A stretch of 64,000 bases of DNA from an uncultured bacterium (lineage in GTDB: Bacteria > Omnitrophota > Omnitrophia > Omnitrophales > Danuiimicrobiaceae). The notes beneath the pieces are model-generated. The model had not been told where the DNA came from and did not search any database. It worked only from the letters and a program-made list of their open reading frames with translations. The translations under genes and the position numbers were made by a program. Below are positions 26,513 through 35,622 of the stretch, in pieces. Position 1 is the stretch's first letter, and every line of letters starts with the position of its first letter. Location of the stretch: the NCBI GenBank assembly GCA_964373885.1, contig CAYJWM010000002.1, positions 2,189 to 66,188 on the forward strand, read 5' to 3'.

Positions 26513-26739
26513 CAAAAAATACCGGGAAAATTCCGATCATCATGTGTATTGATGTGGAGCCCGACGGATTTCTTATCGATCGAAACAAGCCCTTGCCGAA
26601 AGAGTGGGTGATATCAAATACACCAACTGGAATTGGCATTTCCCTCGATGGCTCCAAAAGCTGTTTGCTTTTTGCGAATGGGAGATCAGGCAGCGGGCCA
26701 CTCGTTGGTGGCCGGGATTATTCGCCACTCCATTTGTGA
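26509..26739 (+). pseudogene. Gene remnant (deacetylase-like N-terminus IPIIMCIDVEPD), likely non-functional
   Basis: GTGA-coupled 76-aa ORF. Only the first roughly 30 aa look protein-like. A second frame (about 26583-26753) reads like a different protein fragment (WHFPRWLQKLFAFCEWEIRQR...). Confidence 0.3.
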
Positions 26740-26742
26740 TTT

Positions 26743-28002
26743 ATGGACGCAATTAACATGAAAATTCTTTATTTAACGCCCAATCTTCCGTACCCCCCGC
26801 ATACGGGCGGACAGCTGCGTTCGTGGTTTCTTTTGCGCGATTTGGCGAAAAGGGGATCGGTGACTTTGGTCAGCATCGGAAGACCTGATCAGTACGCGCC
26901 TTATATGCTAGAGCTTAAAAAATACTGCCGCCAGATTTTACTGGCAGATCCTAAAAAGTTTGAACCCAATGAACATCTGAACTGCTTCCGTTCGACGAAG
27001 CAGAGATTCATGAAGTTGGTCAGATGGCAACCGTGGCTTCTGGATGATTTTGTGAATCCCGAAATTTTGAAGCAAGTTGAGCTTGCCGAACCGGAATCGT
27101 ACGACCTGATTGTCTGCCGGTTTGCGGTGATGGCTTATTACTTTTTAACGGAAAAGAAATTCCAACCGCTTCTGAGGCGGACGGTAATTGATATCGATGA
27201 CATGAGCACCATGGTTCAGGAGAGAAAAATTAAATCCATGAAACCTGGCTACAAAAAACTAAGGAATCTATTGGATTTGTTTCTTCTTAAAGCGTATTAC
27301 CGGAAGCTTCATAAAACACAAGCGTGTTTTGTCGTTTCCCAAAAAGATCGGGATTATGCGGCCGAAAACAGGATCAGCGCGAACGCATTCGTCATACCGA
27401 ATGTTTTTGAAGTCAACGGCCGCCCGTTGACTGCGCCTGAAAAGGTTGAAGCCCCTGAAATTTTATTTTGCGGAATGATGAGCTATCCGCCGAATCAGGA
27501 AGCAATCATTCATTTTTGTGAAAATATTTTTCCCATGATTAAAAAGGAAATTCCAAATGCTCATCTAACGATTGTAGGTAAAAATATGCCGGAAAAAATT
27601 ACAAAGCTCGGAGCATTTCCGGGCGTGACGATTGCGGGATATGTTCCATCGATGGAACCTTATTATGAGAAAACGGCGATTGTGGTGGTTCCGCTTCTGA
27701 ACGGAGGCGGGACGAGGATTAAAATTTTAGAGGCCATGGCGTACGGCCGGCCGGTAGTGTCTACTTCGGTGGGTGCCGAAGGACTTGAGGTTTCGGCGGG
27801 TGAACATATTTTGATCGCGGATGAACCTCGTGAATTCGCGGATCGATGCGTTGAGCTCCTTCAGGATCCTCGAAAAAGGGCCTCAATCGCTTCGCGGGCC
27901 TATCAGCTTGTGAAAGAAAAATATGACACGGGCGTTTTCCGCCAAAAAATGGACGAAGTGTTTCAAACGCTGACGGTGAATGAAAGAGGAATTTCCAAAT
28001 GA
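26743..28002 (+). CDS. Glycosyltransferase family 4 (GT-B)
   Basis: N-terminus MKILYLTPNLPYPPHTGG. C-terminal GT4 motif GGTRIKILEAMAYGRPVVSTSVGAEGL. Confidence 0.85.
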   Translation: MDAINMKILYLTPNLPYPPHTGGQLRSWFLLRDLAKRGSVTLVSIGRPDQYAPYMLELKKYCRQILLADPKKFEPNEHLNCFRSTKQRFMKLVRWQPWLLDDFVNPEILKQVELAEPESYDLIVCRFAVMAYYFLTEKKFQPLLRRTVIDIDDMSTMVQERKIKSMKPGYKKLRNLLDLFLLKAYYRKLHKTQACFVVSQKDRDYAAENRISANAFVIPNVFEVNGRPLTAPEKVEAPEILFCGMMSYPPNQEAIIHFCENIFPMIKKEIPNAHLTIVGKNMPEKITKLGAFPGVTIAGYVPSMEPYYEKTAIVVVPLLNGGGTRIKILEAMAYGRPVVSTSVGAEGLEVSAGEHILIADEPREFADRCVELLQDPRKRASIASRAYQLVKEKYDTGVFRQKMDEVFQTLTVNERGISK

Positions 28003-28988
28003 ATGAGAAACCCAAAAATGCCAAGGTGACCATCGCGGTGGTCCCGCGCGAACGATTCAGTTTGATGGAAACCGCGATCGAGCACATTTACGCGTTTACG
28101 CAGGAACCTTTCGACTTGATCGTGATCGACCCGAAAAGTCCTCCTTTTGTCGGTGAAAAGCTCAAGAAATGGGAAAAAAGAAATCCCAATTGCCGCGTGA
28201 TTCGTTCGGAGCGTTTTCTTTATCCGTATGAGGCGAAAAATCTTGCCGTCAAACACCTTAGTCCCGAAACGGAATGGGTGGTGTTTGTGGATAGCGACGT
28301 GAAGGTGAGTCCTCATTGGCTCAGCTGGTTTTTAAAAGCCGCCGAGGAAACCGGAGCGCGCGTCCTGCATCCGCTTTACTTAATTGAGCAGAAGAAAGAC
28401 ACGGCGATTCACATGGCGGACGGCGAGATGAAGGAATTTAAACGAAACGGAAATATCATCGTTCAGCCGGTCATGAATTATGTCGGCATGAATATTTGCA
28501 ATTCTGCTAATTTCGTAAGACAGAAAAGCGGTTTCCTTGAGTTTCACACCTTTATGGTTCATCGGGAGATACTCAAAGAGATGGGAGATTTCCAGCCGTT
28601 CACTTTAGCCGAAGACGTCAATTTCAGTCTACGGTTAAGGGAGAAGAATGAAAAAATCATTTTTGAGCCGCGCTCCGTGGTTACCTATGTGGCGGGGCCT
28701 CCTTTTGAATCGTACGATCTCCCTTATTTTAAATTCCGCTGGGACCCGAAAGTCGGGGCGGATTCCGTCAACCGGTTAAGCCGTCGCTGGCCGATTAAAG
28801 AGGCCTATTGGGCGGGAAAACTGGAATGGGCCCGTTTTCACCGGAGCCGGGTTTCTCCGTGGTTTGTTCCTTTGTCGTTCGGGAACCGTTTGCTTTCAAA
28901 ATTCCGCGCGGTCGGTTCCAAACTGAAAAACCGCGCCGCGCGGCTTGGATTTGCGGCCCGGCCGAAAGAGGAAGGAAACAATGCCTAA
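27999..28988 (+). CDS. GT-A fold (GT2-like) glycosyltransferase, copy a
   Basis: VTIAVVPRERF start and VFVDSDVKV DXD-like motif. Paralogue of 36597-37604. Confidence 0.6.
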   Translation: MNEKPKNAKVTIAVVPRERFSLMETAIEHIYAFTQEPFDLIVIDPKSPPFVGEKLKKWEKRNPNCRVIRSERFLYPYEAKNLAVKHLSPETEWVVFVDSDVKVSPHWLSWFLKAAEETGARVLHPLYLIEQKKDTAIHMADGEMKEFKRNGNIIVQPVMNYVGMNICNSANFVRQKSGFLEFHTFMVHREILKEMGDFQPFTLAEDVNFSLRLREKNEKIIFEPRSVVTYVAGPPFESYDLPYFKFRWDPKVGADSVNRLSRRWPIKEAYWAGKLEWARFHRSRVSPWFVPLSFGNRLLSKFRAVGSKLKNRAARLGFAARPKEEGNNA

Positions 28989-30030
28989 AGTAAGCGTGAT
29001 TCTCACAACTTATAACCGCACTCATCTGGTTGGAGAAGCCATTGAAAGTGTTTTGGCGCAAACCTATCAGGATTGGGAGCTTATTGTGATGGATGACGGT
29101 TCGGCGGATGGGACAGGGGATATCGTCAAAGCGTTTGCCCAAAAGGATTCCAGAGTCCGCTGTATTCATCGGGAAAATATGGGCATTTCAGCCGTGCGTG
29201 CGCGAAGCATCGCGTTTGCCGAAGGGGAGTATATTACTTTTCTTGACGATGATGACGAATTTGCGCCGGACAAACTGGAACGTCAGGTTTCATTTTTGGA
29301 CGCGCATCCGGAAGCCGGCTTGGTTTATTCGTATGTGGACATGATAGACGCAGAGAAGAAATTGATTCGGAAATGGCCATATCGAGCGGCGGAAAGTTTT
29401 GTGGCGCTGATTAAAGATTGCGTCATTCAGCCGAATGCAACGCTTGTGCGGATGGAGTGTTTCAAAAGACTCGGAACGTTTCGTTTGGATTTCAAAGGCG
29501 GCGATGATTATGAAATGTGGCTCAGGATCGCTAAATTTTACCCCATTGCTTTTTTGCCGTTTACGGCCGGAACTTATCGATGGCATACGTCAAACTTTTC
29601 TCATGATTGGAAGAAACGCTGTTTCAATGACGTGAACGTTTTTAAGGCGGTGCGCGCTTATGATTTATCCTGTGAAGAGCGCAAAGCGGTGACTCAGAGA
29701 GTGATTGAGCTGACGTACACGAAGGGCTCTGACGCGTTTTCCCGCGGGGATTATCGTGACGCTTTATTTTATTTCACCCAGGCGCTCAGGTTCGGCAAGA
29801 CCCTTGGAATTCATATTGCATGGGGACGTTCTAAAAATTGGTTTTATGGGTTGCTGCGGCCGTATGTCGCTTTGGTGCTGGCAGCGGTACTGTTTCCATT
29901 GCGGGGGTCATCCCCGAAATCTTTTATCGGCGATCCCCGATTACCCCGCAAGGGGGCTGCTTCGCTGAAACATTCGGGGACGACGCCTGTCCCGGCCGGA
30001 AATGGTACCGAAGGCGTGCAAAATGCCTAA
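28981..30030 (+). CDS. Glycosyltransferase family 2 with helical-repeat tail, paralogue a
   Basis: Start at ATG 28981 (MPKVSVILTTYNR). Motifs WELIVMDDGSADGT and FLDDDDEF. The last roughly 40 aa are encoded by a 78-nt repeat. Confidence 0.85.
   Translation: MPKVSVILTTYNRTHLVGEAIESVLAQTYQDWELIVMDDGSADGTGDIVKAFAQKDSRVRCIHRENMGISAVRARSIAFAEGEYITFLDDDDEFAPDKLERQVSFLDAHPEAGLVYSYVDMIDAEKKLIRKWPYRAAESFVALIKDCVIQPNATLVRMECFKRLGTFRLDFKGGDDYEMWLRIAKFYPIAFLPFTAGTYRWHTSNFSHDWKKRCFNDVNVFKAVRAYDLSCEERKAVTQRVIELTYTKGSDAFSRGDYRDALFYFTQALRFGKTLGIHIAWGRSKNWFYGLLRPYVALVLAAVLFPLRGSSPKSFIGDPRLPRKGAASLKHSGTTPVPAGNGTEGVQNA
29907..29984 (+). repeat. 78-nt REP/MITE-like structured repeat, copy 1 (in frame in the GT2 3' end)
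   Basis: Matches 54808-54885 at 68 of 78 positions by hand alignment, in the same orientation. Terminal inverted repeats are gtcatccccgaaat / cattcggggacgac, and there are internal hairpins. Confidence 0.8.
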
Positions 30031-30940
30031 GCTTAGCGTTGTCATTTGCACCTATAACCGGGCCGAAAGTTTGTGGGACACGCTTCAGGCGCTTAAGAAC
30101 CAGCGCATCCCCGATGGTTTGGATTGTGAAATTATCGTGGTGGACAACAACAGTAGGGATCGGACAAAAGAGATCGCTTGTCAAGAAAGCCGCGAAAGTC
30201 CGTGGCCAATTCGTTATGTTTTTGAACCCGATCAGGGGGTCAGCCATGCGCGCAATCGCGGAATTTTAGAAGCCAAGGGAGACTTAATCGCGTTTGCGGA
30301 TGACGATATGATTCCCGAGCCGAATTGGATGGATTCGCTTTTAAGGGGTTTTGAGGAGTTTCGCGCCGACTGTGTCGGCGGTCCGGTTCTTCCAATTTGG
30401 GCTCAAGAACCTCCGGCGTGGTTGAGCGATCCAAAACTGAGATTCGGAATGCTCGCGCTCTTGGATCGGGGGGACAAACCGATTGTTGCTGCTAAGACAG
30501 ATTCCAACATCGTATTTGGTGGAAACTCCGCGTATCGGAAATCGCTTTTTCAAGAAGTAGGTTTGTTCCGCACGGATTTGGGCCGCAGGGGCAAAACGCT
30601 CTCGTGCGGTGAGGACAGCGAAATGATCAGGCGCATCATTCATTTGAAAAAGCACGTGGTTTACCTTCCGGGTGCCATCGTGAGACATAAAGTGATGCCC
30701 GAGAGAATGAGTTTAAATTACCTCCGGAAGTGGCATTTCGACGGTGCGCGGTCCACCGCCCGGCTTTCCAAGTTCCGCCGCGGAATTGTTTTGGAACTGA
30801 TTTTGGAATGCGTCAAAAGCGGGTCTGCCGCTTTGATGCGTTACGCATGTTTTGACCGGTTGCGGGCGGTGGGAGCGGAGATTAATTTTTGGTGGAAGCT
30901 GGGAATGCTTGTGGAAATGGTGAATCATGCCAAAAGTTAG
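30023..30940 (+). CDS. Glycosyltransferase family 2 (short type), copy a
   Basis: Start at ATG 30023 (MPKLSVVICTYNR). Motifs IIVVDNNSRDRT and FADDDMIP. Paralogue of 35623-36600. Confidence 0.85.
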   Translation: MPKLSVVICTYNRAESLWDTLQALKNQRIPDGLDCEIIVVDNNSRDRTKEIACQESRESPWPIRYVFEPDQGVSHARNRGILEAKGDLIAFADDDMIPEPNWMDSLLRGFEEFRADCVGGPVLPIWAQEPPAWLSDPKLRFGMLALLDRGDKPIVAAKTDSNIVFGGNSAYRKSLFQEVGLFRTDLGRRGKTLSCGEDSEMIRRIIHLKKHVVYLPGAIVRHKVMPERMSLNYLRKWHFDGARSTARLSKFRRGIVLELILECVKSGSAALMRYACFDRLRAVGAEINFWWKLGMLVEMVNHAKS

Positions 30941-33900
30941 CATTGTGATGCCCACGTACAACCGGGCGGACTATTTAAAGGAAGCCATTGAGTGCGTTCT
31001 CGCTCAGACGTTTACCGATTGGGAGCTTTTTGTGGTGGATGACGGCTCTACGGATCAAACGGAAGAGTTGGTACGTGCGCACGCTTTAAAAGACGAGCGG
31101 ATTTCTTACCTGAAACAGGCCAATGCCGGTTGCAGTGTCGCCCGGAATACGGGACTTCGCCATGCACGTGGGCTGTATGTCGCTTTTCTGGATGATGATG
31201 ACCGCTGGCTTCCGGAAAAGCTTGAAGTTCAAGCGGCTTATTTGGACTCGCGTCCGGAAATCGGATTTTGCTACACGCGCTTTCAAATTTTCCGTTTGGA
31301 AAATGGAAAACGGGTGCTTACAAAAACGTTTCCCGAGTTTCTCACCACGAAGTTTGAGGAGATTCCAGACGTATTTATTGTGCCTTCCACGGTGATGATG
31401 CACAAGCCGCATTTTGACGCCCTGGGCGGATTTAATCCGCGTTACCGGTATGCGGAGGATTTTGATCTATGGCTTCGGTACGCTCAGCGGTGGCAGATTG
31501 GGCCGATTGACCGTGCTTTAGTTTTTACCGTGATGGACAACCGAGAGCACGGAGGGCGCGATCAGATTCTGGTTAATGAAGCTACAAGCGCTATTTTAAA
31601 GAATCTCGAATTGACGCCCCGGTATCGAAATTGTAAGCGGTTGATCCGCGAGGAAATTGCGATCCGCCGTTATGATTCGGGCCGCGAGTACTTGGGTCGG
31701 GCTGACTATTGGCAGGCGCTTAAGTATTTTGCCATGGCTCTTTTCACCGATCCGTTGGTAGGGATTTTCGCCCACCGTCCCGGCGAACCCAGAACGCCCC
31801 GGCGCCGCGGGATGGAATGGGTGCGGCATTTTGGAAAAGCTTATGCGGCTATTTTGGTTTGCGCGCGGAAAGGATTATTCAATACCTGCCCGTGGCGGCG
31901 CAGCCGTGTCACGGGCAGGTGGCAGCGAAGCGAAGCGCAGCCGTCCCTTGACTTAATGGACTTGGCTGTCTTTGGCGGCAAGCCCGCTTTTGGCGAGCCG
32001 CTTCATGTGGGTTGCCCAAACATCGGAGCGCGGAATCGTTTGCAAAACCGGATGGATGACATTTTGAATCGGCGGTGGCTTACCAACAACGGGTGTTATG
32101 TGCGAGAGTTCGAGCAGAGGATTTGTGACGTTCTCGGCGTGAAACACTGCATCGCCATCTGTAATGGCACGGTCGCATTGGAAATCGCAATCCGCGCCTT
32201 GGGTTTGGTGGGAGAAGTAATTGTTCCTTCGTTTACAGCTCCGGCAACCGTTCACGCCCTTTCATGGCTCGGGATTAAACCCGTCTTTTGTGACATTGAT
32301 CCGGAAACGCTTTGTCTAGATCCAAAAGCGGCGGAGAAAAAAATTACTTCAAAGACCACCGGCATTCTTGCGGTTCATTTGTTTGGCAGGCCTTGCGATG
32401 TGAAAGCGCTTGAGGAAATAAGCGCAGCCGGAGGGCTTAAGCTTCTTTATGACTCTGCCCATGCGTTCGGTTGTTCCGTAGGAGGGCGGATGATCGGCAA
32501 TTTCGGCAATGCCGAAGTGTTCAGCTTTCATGCGACCAAGTTCTTAAATGCATTTGAAGGCGGCGCTGTGGTGACGAATGATGATTCGCTGGCCGAGCGG
32601 CTCCGGTTGATGCGTAATTTCGGCTATACCGACTCGGACAAAATTGAGTCTTTCGGAACCAATGGAAAGATGAGCGAGATTTCGGCGGCCATGGGCATTA
32701 CCTCTTTAGAGTCTATGGATGAGTTCGTCAGAAGCAATCGCCTGAATTTCCAATTATATCAAGAAGGATTGGAAGGGATCCCGGGCATTGCGCTGATGCC
32801 GTATGATTTGACCGAAAAGAACAATTTTCAATATGTCGTACTGGATGTCGATGAGGAAGCCGCCAGGATCAGCCGTGATGCACTGATTCAGGTTTTGCGG
32901 CAGGAAAATGTGCTTGCGCGCCGTTATTTTCACCCCGGATGTCACAGAATGCGGCCTTATCTTTCGGTCGAACACTCCGCATCGCTTCCCATCACGGAAC
33001 GCGTTTCGGAGCGTCTTTTACAGCTGCCGACAGGAACTTCAATAGGCCCATCGGAAATTAAAACCGTCTGCGAGATCATCAAAACCGCAGTGGAAGGAGC
33101 CGAGGAAATCTGTGCTCATTTGGAGAGGAAAGCCCGTGTTTTGTCTCAGGCAAATGGGGAACAAAAGACATATCCCGCAGTCAGCATCATTATCCCGACT
33201 TATAACCGCCCGAGTTATCTGGCCAAAGCGATTGAAAGTATCAGGGATCAAACCTACAAAGATTGGGAACTGATCGTGGTCGATGACGGCTCTGTGACCG
33301 GCGACATTAAAACGGTTGTCGAACACTACGCCGAGCAGGATGATCGCATTCGATATATTCGGCGGCCCAATGGGAGCTGGTATCGCGCGAGAAATACAGG
33401 GATTCGAAACGCAAGGGGCAAATATATTGCTTTTTTGGATGATGACGATTACTGGCTGAAAGAAAAACTTGAAAAGCAAGTCGCTTTTATGGACGCTCAC
33501 CCGGAAATTGGGATCAACTATACCTTGTTTCAGGTATATCGATCCCGCAATGGTCGATCGGAACCTGCGAAGGTTTTCCCAAGATGCTCCGTCGCAGGGA
33601 TAGAAGGGTTTTTGGATGCTTTTGTGCCCATTTCCGCCGTGATGATTCGAAGAGCATGCCTGGATGGAATGAGGTGGTTTCCAGCCCGCTACCCGATTTC
33701 GGGAGATTTTGAGTTTTATCTCCGCTTTGCAAGGCACTGGCCCGTAGGTGGCATTGAAGAAATTTTAACGGCGACAACAATGGACGAGCGCGATCACGCC
33801 GGAAAAGACCTCGTTTTGGTCTACCACGATTCAGTGAAAGTGCTTAAGGACCTTAAGGGCACTCGTGATTTTAGCAAATGTCGGTGGCTTCTTACTTGGC

Positions 33901-34154
33901 ACATGGCCCTGCGCTACTATTTATTGGCACGGTTTTTTTTGGATCAAGGAAGCTACTGGAAGGCCGCCGAATATTTTTTGCACGCACTGTTGGCAAATCC
34001 TTTGGTTGGACTGGCGGTCCGCAGGCCCGAGGAAAAGGGGCTTAAGCTTGGGTTTCGAGTGGTCAAGGCTTATGCGGCCGTCTTAGTTTGCGCATGGAAA
34101 GGTTTTTTTTGTTCAGGACGCCATATTTTTCCGGCGGCGGGAGTCAATCAATGA
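30927..34154 (+). CDS. Tri-domain fusion: GT2 - DegT/DnrJ/EryC1-type PLP aminotransferase - GT2
   Basis: Uninterrupted 1075-codon ORF. GT2-A: MPKVSIVMPTYNR, VVDDGSTD, FLDDDDRW. Aminotransferase from about 31956: GTVALEIA, FSFHATK (PLP lysine). GT2-B from about 33170: VSIIIPTYNR, VVDDGS, FLDDDDYW. There is no in-frame stop and no in-frame ATG at the second junction. Confidence 0.85.
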   Translation: MPKVSIVMPTYNRADYLKEAIECVLAQTFTDWELFVVDDGSTDQTEELVRAHALKDERISYLKQANAGCSVARNTGLRHARGLYVAFLDDDDRWLPEKLEVQAAYLDSRPEIGFCYTRFQIFRLENGKRVLTKTFPEFLTTKFEEIPDVFIVPSTVMMHKPHFDALGGFNPRYRYAEDFDLWLRYAQRWQIGPIDRALVFTVMDNREHGGRDQILVNEATSAILKNLELTPRYRNCKRLIREEIAIRRYDSGREYLGRADYWQALKYFAMALFTDPLVGIFAHRPGEPRTPRRRGMEWVRHFGKAYAAILVCARKGLFNTCPWRRSRVTGRWQRSEAQPSLDLMDLAVFGGKPAFGEPLHVGCPNIGARNRLQNRMDDILNRRWLTNNGCYVREFEQRICDVLGVKHCIAICNGTVALEIAIRALGLVGEVIVPSFTAPATVHALSWLGIKPVFCDIDPETLCLDPKAAEKKITSKTTGILAVHLFGRPCDVKALEEISAAGGLKLLYDSAHAFGCSVGGRMIGNFGNAEVFSFHATKFLNAFEGGAVVTNDDSLAERLRLMRNFGYTDSDKIESFGTNGKMSEISAAMGITSLESMDEFVRSNRLNFQLYQEGLEGIPGIALMPYDLTEKNNFQYVVLDVDEEAARISRDALIQVLRQENVLARRYFHPGCHRMRPYLSVEHSASLPITERVSERLLQLPTGTSIGPSEIKTVCEIIKTAVEGAEEICAHLERKARVLSQANGEQKTYPAVSIIIPTYNRPSYLAKAIESIRDQTYKDWELIVVDDGSVTGDIKTVVEHYAEQDDRIRYIRRPNGSWYRARNTGIRNARGKYIAFLDDDDYWLKEKLEKQVAFMDAHPEIGINYTLFQVYRSRNGRSEPAKVFPRCSVAGIEGFLDAFVPISAVMIRRACLDGMRWFPARYPISGDFEFYLRFARHWPVGGIEEILTATTMDERDHAGKDLVLVYHDSVKVLKDLKGTRDFSKCRWLLTWHMALRYYLLARFFLDQGSYWKAAEYFLHALLANPLVGLAVRRPEEKGLKLGFRVVKAYAAVLVCAWKGFFCSGRHIFPAAGVNQ
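31884..31920. repeat. acctgcccgtg hairpin repeat forming the linker between GT2-A and the aminotransferase domain
   Basis: acctgcccgtg-N15-cacgggcaggt (11-bp stem). The loop gcggcgcagccgtg is the reverse complement of the loop of the 20783 element, so this is the same family in opposite orientation. Confidence 0.7.
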
Positions 34155-35620
34155 AGGGCTCACTTAAGGAAAAAGCGGTGTCGGGAGTCAAGTGGCAGGT
34201 GGTGAGTAACGCCATACAGAAAGTCATATCCATCGGGACGTTCGCGGTTTTGGCCAGGATTCTGGAGCCCTCCGCGTTCGGACTGTTTGCCATGGCGTTT
34301 ATCGTTATTGACGGTTTTCACACCCTGAAATCATTCGGATTTGATTCGGCGCTCATTCAGAGGAATCGGGATGTGGAGACGGCAAAGCACACGTCGTTCT
34401 TCGTCATTCTGATTTCAGGAACGTTCATGTTCCTGCTTTGTTACGGCATCGCTCCGTGGGCTTCTTATTTTTTTAAATCGCCCGAGCTTACCCCTGTGTT
34501 GCGTGCGCTTGCCCTCATTTTTGTGATCAACGGATGCGCGCGCATTCCTTTGACGCTGCTTCAAAAGAAAATGAGTTTCCGGTCTATTTCGTTGATCGAA
34601 CTCATCGGTGCGCTGGCCAATGGGTTGATCGCCGTGGGCCTGGCGCTTGCGACATCAAGCGTATGGAGCTTGGTTTGGGCTTATGTGATCAAACAAGCGG
34701 TGATGTGCGCTTTGAGTTTCCTTTTTTCAGGATACCGGGCTGCTCCGGTCTTTGACCGGAAAATTGCGCGCGAGTTGTTTGACTTCGGCAAGTATATTTT
34801 CGGTCTCAAATGTCTGCGGTATCTGAGTATTAATGTGAGCAACGTAGCGGTTGGGAGGATGCTGGGAGCGGCCCAGTTGGGTTATTTTGCCCTGGCCGCC
34901 AACGCCGGCATGTTGATTCATACCCATTTTACCACCCTGATCCTGGAAGTCATGTTTCCCGCTTTTTCGACCATTCAGAACGATAAAGAATTTCTCAAGC
35001 GCGCGTATTTAAAAACGATCAAATTTATTTCCATGTTGTCCATTCCTTTTAGTGTCGCTCTGATCTGTTTGGCGGAAGAATTTGTCCTGACCCTGTACGG
35101 GCCTAAGTGGTTGGGGATTGCGCCTTTGATCAAACTGTATGGGGTGGTGCAGTTGATTTATCCAATTGCCCGCTGTTCCGATGAGGTGTTTACAGGATGC
35201 GGGAGATCCAATTATGTTTTTCGGTTGACGTGTCTTTCGGTGTTCGTCAAGCTCCCGCTTCTTTTTGTGTTCACCCAATGGTGGGGCCTCGCGGGGGTGA
35301 TGTGGTCCATCATCATCGCGACGGCCATTGTGGATCCTTTGAGCATTATCTTAGCCCAGAAAGTCGTTGCCTTTAGCTGGCGCGAGTTTTTTGAAGGGCT
35401 TATTCCGTCTTTTACCTGTTCCCTTGTGATGTTGGCAGTCCTTTCGGCAGTCAAAAGCATTTTGTTTTCCGGAGATTCTTTTTTTGTGGTTCATTCATTC
35501 TTGCGGCTGGGTGTTTTGTCGGCGGCAGGGATGTTAAGTTATGCCATGACTTTTTTCTTCCTCGACCGCTCTTCCACGATGGAAGTGAAACGCATGATTT
35601 TCAATCTGGAGAAGGTGTGA
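34151..35620 (+). CDS. Wzx-type polysaccharide flippase (MOP superfamily), copy B
   Basis: Start at ATG 34151 (ATGA overlap). MKGSLKEKAVSGVKWQVV... aligns by eye along its length with copy A. Confidence 0.8.
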   Translation: MKGSLKEKAVSGVKWQVVSNAIQKVISIGTFAVLARILEPSAFGLFAMAFIVIDGFHTLKSFGFDSALIQRNRDVETAKHTSFFVILISGTFMFLLCYGIAPWASYFFKSPELTPVLRALALIFVINGCARIPLTLLQKKMSFRSISLIELIGALANGLIAVGLALATSSVWSLVWAYVIKQAVMCALSFLFSGYRAAPVFDRKIARELFDFGKYIFGLKCLRYLSINVSNVAVGRMLGAAQLGYFALAANAGMLIHTHFTTLILEVMFPAFSTIQNDKEFLKRAYLKTIKFISMLSIPFSVALICLAEEFVLTLYGPKWLGIAPLIKLYGVVQLIYPIARCSDEVFTGCGRSNYVFRLTCLSVFVKLPLLFVFTQWWGLAGVMWSIIIATAIVDPLSIILAQKVVAFSWREFFEGLIPSFTCSLVMLAVLSAVKSILFSGDSFFVVHSFLRLGVLSAAGMLSYAMTFFFLDRSSTMEVKRMIFNLEKV

Positions 35621-35622
35621 GC

